A stretch of 62,641 nucleotides of DNA, filler included, from Basidiobolus ranarum (taxonomy: Eukaryota), in NCBI GenBank assembly GCA_040143965.1. It is 25 parts of 25 records of this genome, joined end to end, with 100 filler letters (N's around TTAATTAATTAA, not from the genome) between each part and the next. Parts side by side here need not be neighbours in the genome. Positions count along the whole stretch, not along the records: positions 35,202 to 37,609 come from JASJQH010010246.1; positions 37,710 to 40,117 come from JASJQH010010247.1; positions 40,218 to 42,623 come from JASJQH010010248.1; positions 42,724 to 45,128 come from JASJQH010010249.1; positions 45,229 to 47,633 come from JASJQH010010250.1; 20 more parts are not named here. One strand, given 5' to 3'. Of this stretch, positions 35,430-47,733 are shown one piece after another. A program made the translations under genes and the position numbers. How positions within the stretch are numbered: position 1 is the stretch's first letter; each line of letters starts with the position of its first letter. The notes beneath the pieces were generated by a model, which did not search any database, was not told the origin of the DNA, and was given only the letters and a program-made list of their open reading frames with translations.

Positions 35430-36942
35430 GTCCAGTAGAATGTTCTTCTTTAGAAGCCACTTTCTGCATACTTGTATTGCATTTTTCCCTTCATACTTTT
35501 AAAAAAACTCCTCAAGGACTTTGACTATTTTTATATGTCCTTCGTGTGTGTCACTAATGAGGTTGCTTTGTTGTGTTTGTGCAACTTTTTGCTTGCCTTA
35601 AAGTTTGGGGCTAATTTCAACACTTTGAAAAGTACCAGTTGATATTGGAGAGCTGTGAGTTTTATGTACTGGTGTTTTGGCTTGCTGAGAGATGCCAGGT
35701 GTTGGACAAACTTCCAAATTTAGCACTCTTCCAACAGTTGTACCTGGTTCAGTGGTGAAATTAAGCTTTTTTGCCAATATATCTTACTCTGGAAGTACAG
35801 ATCTTTGTAAAGGTGCAAAGAATTTGGTAGGTAGGACAAAAGATCCTAAACTCACTCACTCCTTTGCTTTTCCCTTGAGTTTACTTACTTCCTGCTCTTT
35901 GAGTACTACTTTAACAGTGTTTTTTTCTTTTCCAAGTTGATAATTGCATTCATTTTTGAGATGTTTTGTGCATAGGTGCATACTAGCCTATTTACCATTT
36001 GCTTGCAAAAACCCAGGATAAGCCACATGAAATAAGTCAAGAACCTTCAGGGTAATGCCTGGTTTTTGGTTTTTCCATAATGGGCTCAAATCAAGATGTT
36101 TTTGGGCAAGATTCAGCACAGTTCTTAAAATGTTAAGCTACTCATCATCAGAGCAAGTGACAGCAGCTCTAACATTTGGAGTCTTTTGGTTTCCCAGTTT
36201 TCCTGTGAGAATTTACTTTCCTGCACCCAAGCAATTTTTGGTCTGTGTGTAGACTAAATGGTCCTACACATATTCTGCTCTACTAGATTGTCACAGTGAT
36301 GTTCATAGGTATGGTGTAGGATTGATTAAAATCCCATATGAGAATGGAGGGAGGGAGCAGCATGCTGCTGTAGCTCAACTACAGCATTCTGAAGCTCTTG
36401 TATTAATGTTGTGTGACTCTCTAACTGTGGATAGTTGCATCAGAATGCTGCATTAATTGCAGTATTTTGGCATTATTGCTTGTCCTGGTGTGTATAGCAA
36501 CTTGGTAGTTTTTACTTATGATTGCATACAAATCATTACAGTGTTCTACCTGCAATTGCCTTGTTGCAACAATTATATCCAAGTTTGCTACATAGGGTTG
36601 TTCAGTAGTTGGCAAAGTAGCCACTGTGGAAGTTCATGGTCTTGCTGGTGTTTCTGGTGAACTTTGCTTAACTATTGATCTGCTATGTAACTGGAGGATT
36701 GTGATTGCTTCACTTTCACTATTGCTGGAAAGGAACATATCTGGTATATCAATTAATGCTTCTTCACTTCTTGAGTTAGTTTCTGGCATGTTAATGTCTT
36801 CCAAAGTGGATAGTGGATGACTAGACTACTCATCCATCAAGTCCTCTATTCTTGTTGGTTTTTTTTCTATGTGCCAGCAGGCTTTTTGCTTGGAAGCTGA
36901 TTTTGATTTTGATTTAGATTTTGAATACTTCTTGAATGGCAT
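35430..36942 (-). pseudogene. Decayed ORF2 of the CACTA-like element (unknown protein starting MPFKKYSKSKSKSKSASKQK)
   Basis: Long reading frame with scattered stops; overlaps the end of contig 14 (VCRKW shared) and 49936-50136; lies head-to-head with the transposase start. Confidence 0.6.
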
Positions 36943-37149
36943 TGAAATTTTCAGATGGTAAACTTGGAGTAATGAAATTGCTTAGAAGCAGTTTGAAATA
37001 AATAAAAAATGCCATCCATTACCAGAAATATCTTGTAAATCCCCCAATGACTCATCTTTGACACCGTCTGAGAATTAGCCATTGATATTGATGGTATAAA
37101 CCTGAATTATCACCTTACATAGGAGGGTTTTTTTCACAATATATTTCTC

Positions 37150-37609
37150 ATGCTGAAACACAAACTTTTAAAGAGCCCCTGCTATTACTGTTGCAGATTC
37201 TTGTGCTATGAAAGCAGGAGGCTTCATAGAATAAATAATCACAATCATGGTCACTGTTCAAAGCCACCAATTGCACAAAGCCTGGTGAATATCAACAGTA
37301 ATAAGTGCACAAAATCAACTTTAGTTTTACCTACTGAATCCGCTGGCTGTGCTTAGCCTCAAAGTTTTGGTAACACTGCCAAATGTCAAGATACCATGGA
37401 GCTACCACTGTTTTATGACCAGAATGATATAGGTAGCAATTCAACTCTGTTCAAACAAGTAAGTCCAGACAACTTTGCAGACATGCTGCTGGATGTTGAC
37501 TTTGGTTAATGCAGTACTGCTGGTAGATATCAGAAGTTGAAGAAGATGATGGTTTTGTCATTGGCTCTTTGTTATTGGCAAGCATTAGTCCACTCATAAC
37601 ACTTACAGT
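37150..37609 (+). pseudogene. 5' part of the CACTA-like transposase gene
   Basis: Homologous to the reverse complement of 39790-40117 and continues into 27671; Cys/His-rich start CYYCCRFLC...H. Confidence 0.7.
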
Positions 37610-37709
37610 NNNNNNNNNNNNNNNNNNNNNNNNNNNNNNNNNNNNNNNNNNNNTTAATTAATTAANNNNNNNNNNNNNNNNNNNNNNNNNNNNNNNNNNN
37701 NNNNNNNNN

Positions 37710-40117
37710 TACCAGCAAACTATTGTTGGAAAAATTGCTCAACATCTGAATTTTTGAATAGTAATGACACTTGGCAAATACCTGTCTGTTGTTACCATTC
37801 ACAATGAGAATAAGCTCTTGGATTTTTGCAACTTTTTGCAAAGAATTCAGCTAAAATATCTCCAACTTGCAGCTTACCAATTTCCTGCCACAAGTAGATG
37901 TGTCATTGCTTGAATACATTACCCCATGGCTGAAACACTACTACTGCATTTCTTGTTTTATCTCACCAAGAAGTCTCTCTTGCAGCTTTCCTAGAAATAC
38001 CATCAATTTTCACACCAACAAATCAGTTCACATCATAGAGATACTTATTCTGAGTCCATGGATTGGCTTTTGTTGCTGGTATGGTGCTCAAATAATGCCT
38101 AAACCTATGAGCAAATTAAAAAGGGCCTTTTTGGAGGGTTATTATAGTCAGGAGTCTGCTTAACTCATTGCATTACATCCAGCACTGATTTTGCTGCCAC
38201 ATTGTTAATTGGATTAGTATATGGTAATATTGATGACTAAAACAGAGAATCAATTCACTGGTGCACTCCATTGGTAATTCCATTGTGCATAGCAAGGGCC
38301 TAAAAGCTCTAAGCATTGTGAGCATTGTAGTGGGAATGTATTAAATACTGGCATAGATTCAGTCTATCTTCTTTTAACCTCTAATAAAGTTTTTCAAATC
38401 AAATTGCAACATATTTGCACAGTTGCTGTTACTGCCTGAGATCTGCCAATGTAAGTTGATACAGTCAATTATATTAACAATAAACACAAACAACTTCCAA
38501 TGAGGCCAATTCTTATCAGACAGAAATCTTTCAACATTCCACCTTAATATAAGCCAATCCAATAGTTCCATTCTATGTATTTGAAGAAAAAACTAGATGG
38601 GTGAATATTGATGAAAATCCTGGAAAAGTATAATGATATTTTGTTAATTTCAAGCCTTTTGCCAATCAATTCAAACTTTGATCCAATCTTGAATGACTCA
38701 TTCATAGCAAGCGCTGCACTATATAGCTCTGAAAGTAGTATTGGAATGTTGTTAAATAAATGCATAAAGCCTAATGGGAAGCTCTGGCTCCAGCTGATCC
38801 CTTTTGCAACATAATCTTAGTCCTACATCTAATCACAAGTTTGATGTTAGACCAACCATCTGGTGAAGTGATATCAAAGAGCGTTTTAAAATCTGACCAG
38901 GTTCTTAATGGTAGATTTATGGAACTTAGTAGTGTATTTGGATAGTTGTAATATCTATTCCTAGTATAGTAAACTTCATTGATTTGACAAAATCTACAAC
39001 AAGATTATGCATTGTGCCCATGAAAGCCTCCAAGTTTACTGATGGCAGCAGTGTCACTAATACTTACAATGATATTTGCTTTTAAAAGATATTTTCCAAG
39101 CTCAACAACATTAGATAACTGTTCAAATTCCGCAACCAAAGGCTCCAAAAGCTATGTATAAGCACTGGTGATGTAGGTCCAGATTTGATATATAGTAGCA
39201 AAATATGTTGACTTTTGTACCATTTATAAGGAGGCAGATTTAAGTTAATTAAAGTTATTAGCCAGGAAGCCTTCACAATTGTATATTTGCTTAGTGCAAA
39301 ATCATCCAGAGACAATGTAAATGCATCAGCATATATGTTCTTGAAGAAACTTTGACTTCTCAGATTCTGGTAGTGATATCCATCCAGTATATTGATGATA
39401 CAATCAGCTTTACAGTGAATACTTTGGTATTGGATCAATGATCAGTATTTGGTTGATTTCATCAAAACTTTAAGACGGGGAATCAACGGTATATAAGCCA
39501 AATATGAGCGATATTCACCTGTTGCAATGATTCCAATTGTCTGCAAACAGTTCAATGCTTCAGGTTTCTCAGATCACCAGTGAAAGCTAAACAGCATTTG
39601 GAGATGAAGGCAGTTTAATTACTGAAGGATTATGACTCAAACAATTGAAAAGTGTTTTCCACTTGCACCAGGTGTGTGACAAGCAACAGTTACCAATCAA
39701 CTATGGTAAAAGTGTATGAAAACCAACAAACACATGGTTGCTAAGATTTGATAGAACTCTCCACTCCTCAATGATCAAAGCTGCTTCCTTTACCATAAGT
39801 ATTATGAGTAGACTAGTGCTTGCAAATAACAAAGTGTCCACAACAAAACCATTGTCTTCTTCTTCATCTTCTGAAATTCTACCATCAGTACTCAAATCAC
39901 CAACATCAATGTCAAGTAGCATGTCCTCAAAGTTGTCTAGACCTACTGGTTCAAACAAAATCGCATTTCCACCAATAGTATTCTGGTCCTAAAACTGTGT
40001 TAACTCCATTGAACGTTGACTTTAAGTAGTGTAACCAAAGTTTGAGGTATAAGCACAGCCAGTGGACTCAGTGGGCAAAAACAAAAGGGAATTTTGTGCA
40101 CTTGTTATATTGATTTT
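37710..40117 (-). mobile_element. More diverged EnSpm/CACTA-like transposase copy
   Basis: FTLSLDDF...SWLITLINLNLPP...GPTSP and MHLFNNIP; collinear with 27671-29600. Confidence 0.88.
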
Positions 40118-40217
40118 NNNNNNNNNNNNNNNNNNNNNNNNNNNNNNNNNNNNNNNNNNNNTTAATTAATTAANNNNNNNNNNNNNNNNNNNNNNNNNNN
40201 NNNNNNNNNNNNNNNNN

Positions 40218-42102
40218 TCATCAAGCAAAACATCCCTGGACCTGATTAACTTGGAAATTTTGGTATCATAGAGTCTGTAGGCCTTAGTTTAAGTTCAATA
40301 ACCTAGAAACATGCATTTCATACGTTTTGGATCAAATTTAGACCAATTTTTGGTTATAATTTTTACATGAGTAATGCATCCCAAGATCCTCAATTGCTTT
40401 ACATCAAGTTTGACTCCAAACCAAGCTTCAGATGGTGTAGAGTTAGACAGACTTCTAGTACAACTCCTATTCTACAGATATACAGATGTAGCAACAGATT
40501 CCACTCAAAAGTTATGAGCTAAATTTTGTGCATTTATCATAGATCTTGCCATTTCTAATAAGGTCCTGCTAGCTCTTTCAGCAACTCCATTTTGTTGAGG
40601 TGAATAGGAGGCAGTAGTTTCTTGCTTAATTCCATAACTTTGCAAAAGTGCCTAAATGTGTTGAAGTATATTCTCCACCATTATCAGTGCATATTTTCTT
40701 GATTTTATTTCTAGTTTCAGTCTCCACAAGTGCTTTTAAATCTCCAAAGAGAGAGAAATCTCCTTCTTTTCTTTCCATCAAGTATACCCAAGTGTGTCTT
40801 TTATAATCATCAATAAATTTGATTAAATATCTTTTTCCACCGAAAGATAAATTTTGCATAGGTTCACACAAATCAGAAAAAATTAGATCCAATTTTTTGA
40901 CAGATTTGATTAAACCGGTGCTCTTGAATGATTGCCTGGCATTTTTAACATATATTCAACAATCACAAATTTTCATTTTGGTTGGGAGGTTATGCTGCAT
41001 CCTGACTTATCAAAACTAATTTTTAACCCTTTGGAGGTGCCTTGCATACAGATATTAAATTCCTTGCAATATCTGGAACATGTATCTCATCCTTAAAAGT
41101 ATATAATTTCTCTTCAGAAGCTCCAGTTAAATTGACTAGAATTGTTTCCATTCCAATGGCATCTAATTTGCAGTCATCTTTCACAAAAATCTTTCTAATT
41201 GTGGTTTCTTCATAATCCACAAACCAATGTTTTTCATTTGTGAAATGTTGGGAGGCTCCAGAATTAATATAACACACCTGGGAATCCATGTTGGCAGTTG
41301 TAGATAGAGCAGATATGCACAAGTGATCTTCTGTTATAACCACATTTCCAGATTCAGTATGTTTTCTTCTTTTGCAATTTTTAAAGCAATCTTTGCTTAA
41401 ATGGCCAGTTCTTTTGCAGAAATCACAGAATATGTTACTTTTCTTCTTAAAGTGCTTTTGACCTCTATAGCAAAGTTTCCCATAGCCTGTTAAAGCATTT
41501 TCTTCATTCTTTTGGTTAGATCCCAATGTGTGTAAATCTTCATCCAGAAGTCTGTAAAATTCCTAATTTGAGGTCAAATTTTCAGTTCTTGATTCTAAAG
41601 CCATTACTAGGCTCTGAAACTTGTGTGGCAGGCTATTCAGGACTGTAACTATGATATCTTCATCAGTTATAGGTACTCCTTTGCATTCCATTTCATCCAC
41701 TGGAATAGTAACTCTATTGATTAGCAATTTAAGGTCTTCTCCTGGCTTTAACTTTAAGTCAAAGAATTGTCTTCTTGGAAACATCCTGTTGGCAGCAGAA
41801 CTTGATTGGTGGGCGTTTTCCAAGGCTTTCCATACTTTTTTGGCATTTTCAGCTCTTGAATGTGGAATTAGCAACTTGTCTTTAACATGAAGACAAAATG
41901 TGTTAAAGGGACTTTCTTCTTTTTTAACCTGGAATAAAACTTTGGTTTCAAAGAGTTTTGCATTGTTATCATATCCTACAACATTGTCCCAAAGTCCTTT
42001 TTCTTGCAGCAGCATTGTCATTTTAATTTTCCAAGCTAGATAATTGGTTCCATCCAATTTTTCAGAAGAGGGAAAAGTTCCATAAATTTGAGAAGTAGAC
42101 AT
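40218..42102 (-). mobile_element. Copia-1 gag-protease-integrase remnant
   Basis: EKLDGTNYLAWKIKM (gag), CDFCKRTGHLSKDC zinc knuckle, INSGASQH (protease, DSGAS decayed), SDLCEPM, FIDDY, TDNGGEY, QQNGVAER. Confidence 0.94.
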
Positions 42103-42107
42103 CAAAG

Positions 42108-42623
42108 TGTCATGATTCTGATCTCAGCATACTGATCCACTGCAAATAGAACTCTTCTATTATTGTATTACAACATCATATATGCTGTGCCATCCCTTCT
42201 TGGCAATCTTGTGTTAGTTCATTCAGGTTACCTTTTATGAAAGTCATGTTCTTTGGAACATTCCATGAAACCTAACCAACTGTGTCATCCCACACATAGT
42301 GTATTTCTGCCAAGACTTTCCATGGAAGGTCACCAGATCATCCTTACACCATCCTTGCATCATCCCTCTTTGTATTGGTCCTTATAGTCCCCAACACTTG
42401 AACTTGCCACAGTATATTCACTATTCAGTATATTATGTTTCACCCTCCATTATCTATATTAGCTCCTTGTATTCCTTGATCAAGCCTCAGTCTGATTGAT
42501 GCCAGTTATCAATAAAGATTCTTGCCAAAGCATCTTCCTTGTCCAGTCCAGTATTGTCTTATCTTGTGGTCTACACCCAAGTACTCTCCTGCCTTCTAGC
42601 CTCTTGTTGTTGTTCCCAGTCCT
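42108..42623 (+). mobile_element. Nearly complete Ty3/gypsy LTR-B (~535 bp family), inserted 5 bp upstream of the Copia-1 gag ATG
   Basis: Starts TGTCATGA; other copies end TGACA. Confidence 0.85.
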
Positions 42624-43159
42624 NNNNNNNNNNNNNNNNNNNNNNNNNNNNNNNNNNNNNNNNNNNNTTAATTAATTAANNNNNNNNNNNNNNNNNNNNN
42701 NNNNNNNNNNNNNNNNNNNNNNNAGCATCTGCAGCTGGAATGATTGCTGTAGCTGGACTTATGATGCAGAAGTATCAATAATTTCCACTTCCTCGATTTC
42801 ACCAAGAATCCAAATGGGTTATAGCTTCAGTACCCAATAGAGGTCAAGATTTCTTGTATCCCCTTCCACATATAAGTCAATGCTTTTATCCAGCCCAATA
42901 AACGTTAACCTCTCTTAAAATTTACATTGATACATATGATAACTTAGTGGAGTTCCTTCCACCTATTGTTGATGTTACAAAAGAAAAGTTGCCCAGTAAA
43001 ATTCGTTACAAGTAGGATATTGGCTATCATAGATGCTTACTACTAATCGAGATAGTACAAATAAGTAAGTCTACTTTCAGATAACACTCATCCTTAATAT
43101 TTCTCTTCCCGCGCTAAAATGCTATGGTTCTACCAAACATTATCAGGGAAACATGCTTG

Positions 43160-43790
43160 TGTTGAAGTATTTTAGGAGTTGTTGGAAGTGAAGTGATTTG
43201 GTGAACTAGAAGAATTAGTAATTTTTACTTCATAATTTTTAGAGTGTAAGTAGATACTTATACTTTTGTCAATGGGTAAACATGTTATAATGTCTTGGGA
43301 GTTTGCTGAAAGTGGTATGGAGAACTTGAAGAAATGGTGGTTTTCATTTATCAATTTATTGAGTTGAAATTGAATATTCATAGTTTTATCAGGGTGTAAG
43401 CAGACAGACATGTAGAATATGTTAAGAAAGATCTCATGAACATGTGTGCAAAGTTAGCGGCTTCTAGCACAAGTTTGCAAAGATTTATATATTGGAGTGC
43501 ATCTAAGTTGGCAAGAATATTCCAAAAAAATTCCAACTCGCAATAATGTGCGACATCTTGGTGAGATATGAAACAATCAAGCACTAAGCTATATCTATCT
43601 ATATTAATGCTTAAGCTATGCTTATCTTAATACTCTCCAACAACAAAATTCCCATAGCAACCGGTCCTAAGGAAGATCTAAATATCTCAAATATTTGTAC
43701 AGATATTGACTAGGTAAATAATTCCAAAATCATGTTATCTGTAGAACAATGTTTTTTTCTCTAGTCTCTAATAAAATAATCTTTAGTGTG
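43160..43790 (-). mobile_element. Old, diverged Copia-1-like 3' LTR (43160-43632), PPT and RNase H remnant
   Basis: Minus strand reads CSTDNMI...FEIFRSSLG, then GGAGAG, then an LTR-A-like sequence ending AAATACTTCAACA. Confidence 0.7.
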
Positions 43791-44399
43791 TGTTGAGAAT
43801 TCCCAGGGAGATTGGAAGTGAATAGTTTATGATGAGAGAGTATAGGTTTCACTTGTTTATTGAGCACTTTGAAAATTGTATTTAAGCTTTTGTCTGAAAT
43901 ACCATAGGCTAACAGTAGGATCATGGTAGGAGACAAGTTGGGATACTGTATAAAATATGTGGGGGATAAGGATACCTCTGAAAATTATCCTAAATTTTAA
44001 CATTATAAATATCATGAATCAGTATTTGTTGTAAGATCTTGATATAATGTGGGTAGACTTTGTATATTAGAGAGATCTCATGATAGCATTTTTATTACTT
44101 TACTTCTAATAGAAAATAGTGACTTAAATAGAAGAGAAGTAAATTAACTGTTTGAGATACTTGGGATTTTGTGTAAGAAGATATAATAGATAAGTAAGGG
44201 TATTGAGACATAGAGGTTATCTAGAAATTGAGATATACCTAATTAGAGTATAGGGGCCATAGATACATTGCTTTGTGTTTCAGAAATATCTATTATAACT
44301 GAAATTAATTGAGATGTTGAATAAAGATTATTATCCTACACCTTCCCTTAATTCTTATTCAGCACTGTGCTTATATTCACAAATGACTATGGCTGCCAT

Positions 44400-45128
44400 T
44401 GTCACTATAAGGAACTGGACAAGCACTGGAATCAACAACAAGATGCTAGAAGGCAGGAGAGTACTTGGGTGCAGACCACAAGACAAGACAAGACAGGGAA
44501 GATACTTTGGCAAGAATCTTTATCAATAACTGGCATTGATCAAACTGAAGTTTGATCAAGGAATACATGGAGCTTATATAGATACTGCAGGATGAAACTT
44601 AATATGCTGAATAGGGAATATACTGTGGCAAGTTCAAGTGTTGGGGACTACAAGGACAAATACAAAGAGGGATGATGTAAGAATGATCAGGTGACCTTCC
44701 ATGGAAGTTGCTGGTGGACATAGACTATGTGTGGGATGACATGCTCAGTTAGGATTCATGTAATGTTCCTAAGAACACGACTTCCATATAAGGTAACCTG
44801 GATGAACTAATACAAGATTGCCAAGAAAGAATGGCATAGCAGATGATGTCATAATCTAATAATAAAAGAGTTCTATTTGCAGTGGATAAATATGCAAAGA
44901 TCAGAATGCCCTAACAGAAATTTGAGGATTGTCATTGTAGGAAAACCGTCACAATTTTAATCCATTTGGGATTGACCATTTAATTACCATCATAAATTTG
45001 TTATTGGGAAAATATGGGCTGTTTGGAGGAACTTTAGAAAAGTGGAGTTGTGAATAGCTTTGTGAGATAATTATTTATTGTCCAGAAATAAAGCATTTAT
45101 ACATTTTGATGGAAATACAGAAAACTAA
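44400..45128 (-). mobile_element. LTR-B (44400-44907) interrupted near its terminus by a CACTA left end (44909-~44998), itself followed by LTR-C
   Basis: TGTCAC at 44400; CCCTAACAGAAATTTGAGG at 44909; TGTTATTGGG at ~44999. Confidence 0.8.
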
Positions 45129-45228
45129 NNNNNNNNNNNNNNNNNNNNNNNNNNNNNNNNNNNNNNNNNNNNTTAATTAATTAANNNNNNNNNNNNNNNN
45201 NNNNNNNNNNNNNNNNNNNNNNNNNNNN

Positions 45229-46400
45229 ACATATTTTCTTTACTTTAGTTCCAGTTTCAGTCTCTGCAAGTGTTTTAATTCACTATAGATAGAGAGAGCC
45301 TCTTCTTTTCTTTCCATATAGTAGACCCAAGTGTTTCTTGTACAAACAGCAATAAGTGTGCTTAAATAGCTTTTTCCACCTATAGAAGAATTATGCATAG
45401 GTCTACACAAATCTGAATGAATTAGTTCAAATATTTTGACAGATATGATTAAACTAGAGCTCTTTAACAGCTGCCTGGCTTTTTTTCCATATATATAATC
45501 ATCACAAATTTCTATTTTGGTTGGGGAATTAATTTGAACTCCATAAATTAAGCAATTTTTGATTATTTAGCTCAAATAATCAAATCCAATATCGCCAAAT
45601 CTCTTATGTCATAATTGAATGGTTTGTTGATTGGAATTACTTATATTTACACAAACATCTTGGATTATAGATAAGTTTGTATAGGTTCTGATCCTTTTCT
45701 CCTTAAGCTAAATAAATCCCATTTTGATCAGTAGTGGTGTATACTCACTTATCAAAATTGAAATTTAGCCTATTGAGGTGGCCTTGCATGCAGATATTAA
45801 GTTCTTGGCAATATTTGGAAAATATAGCACATCCTTAAAAGTTTACACTTTCCCTTCAGAAGCTCCAGTTAAATTGACTTGAATTGTGCCAATGCCAATT
45901 GCATTCAATGTGCAGTCATCTCCCATGAAAACCTTTCTAATTAGGATTTCTTTATAATCCACAAACCAATATTTTACATTTGTGACATGTTGGGAGGTTC
46001 CAGAATCAATATACCATGTCTGAGAATCCTTGTTGGTATCATAGATACAGCAGATAGGAACAAGTGATCCTCTGTTGTAACCACATTTCCAGATTTAGTT
46101 CTTGTTTCTTCTTTTGCAATTTTTTCCAAGCAATCTTTGCCAAATTGGCCAGTTCTTTCACATTAATCACAAAATGCGTTACTTTTCTTCTTAAATGCTT
46201 TTGCTCTCTATAAGAAGGTTTCCCTTAGTCTATTAAAGCATTTTCTTCATTCTTTTGGTTAGATACTAATTTCCATAAATCTTCATCCATAAGTCTGCCA
46301 ACTTCATAATTTAAGGTCAAATTGTCAGTTCTTGATTCTAGAGCCATAACTAGGCTGGGAATCTTGTGTGACAACATATTCAGGACTGGAACTATCATAT
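45229..46400 (-). mobile_element. Copia-1 gag end, protease, GAG-pre-integrase and integrase start
   Basis: CD.C..TG...KDC zinc-knuckle remnant, WYIDSGTSQH, NLISACKA, IHSDLC.PM. Confidence 0.9.
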
Positions 46401-47102
46401 CAGAATTTGAATGGTTATCCAATGGGGTTCAGATAGGCAAAGATTTTTTGAATGCCAATATTATTGTATGTATTGGAGACACTGCTGCCATCAGTAACCT
46501 TGTAGGTTTTTGCAGGCACAATGCACTATGCTGTAGATTTTGTCAAACCAATGGAGTTTACTCAACCAGGCATACGCATTATTAAATTCCAAATATACAC
46601 TTAACTCCATGAGTTTACCTTCAAGAGCCCAGTCAGATTTCAACATGTTCACTGATATCAATTCACCAAATAGTCAGTCTAACATCAAACTTGGAATTAG
46701 CCTTAACCCTAATATTATATGGCTATAGGGGTTCAGCTACAGCCAGAGGTGCCCATTTGGCACTATGCACTTAATAATTAACAATGTTCAATACTAGTTA
46801 GTAAGCTCCATAATGAAATATCCAATATGAATGTGCCATTTGAGATAGGATCAAGGTTTGAATCAATTGGGCAAATGCTTGAAAACATCATGATATCTTC
46901 ATATTTTACCAGGACTCCCACCATATCCACTCATCAGGGCATTTACTTAAATGCAAGGACTAGAAGTATTGGTTATGTGTAAATTCAAGTGGAGTGTTGA
47001 AATATTTCTTGTGGATATGGTTAATATATTCTTTCAGCATCAACTCACATTGGTAGATCTTGGGCAGATACAGCAACTATGCAAAGATTTTGTAAATGGA
47101 TA
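46401..47102 (+). mobile_element. CACTA-like transposase internal fragment
   Basis: CIGDTAAISNLVGFCRHNALCCRFC. Confidence 0.85.
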
Positions 47103-47633
47103 TGACCTTCCATGGAAGGTCTTAGTGGAAATATACTCTTTGCAAGATTATACAATTAGTGCAGTTTTATGGAATGTTCCAAAGAATATGGCTTCCATAT
47201 AAGGTAATATGGATTAACTAGCACAAGATTACCAAGAAAGGGTGGTAAAGCAGGTATAATGTCATGATCTAATAATAAAAGAAATCAACTTTTAGTGGAT
47301 GAGTATGCCAAGATCATAATCATTATAGTATTTCCTCCTACAGCAATGGCTTCCAGACAGTATAGGGCCAGGTTTTCTGGGTAGACTTCATGAAACTCTT
47401 GGCAAAGTTTAATAGAGTTTGAAAGATTGGTTGCTGGTTCCCATGATTGATCATTTGTTAAGTATCCCTTCTAGTCCACTAAATATTACTATTTTTGTGG
47501 ATATATTCTCAAATGTAGAATTTTGCAAACTTCATGTTCAGAGTATTATTCTACAGCATTGCCAGGGGTAGGTCAATGGAATGGCCATGGAAGGTGTTTC
47601 TGGAATGTGAATCTAGGAGAGACACAGTTGCGG
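47103..47633 (-). mobile_element. Chromovirus (Ty3/gypsy) 3' end: integrase chromodomain (47539-47375), PPT (47339-47328) and LTR-B start (47327-47103)
   Basis: Minus strand reads VSLL...EHEVCKILHLR....YLVD*KGY...QSWEPATNL...CQEFHEVYPE, then AGGAGGAAATAC, then LTR-B sequence. Confidence 0.85.
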
Positions 47634-47733
47634 NNNNNNNNNNNNNNNNNNNNNNNNNNNNNNNNNNNNNNNNNNNNTTAATTAATTAANNNNNNNNNNN
47701 NNNNNNNNNNNNNNNNNNNNNNNNNNNNNNNNN

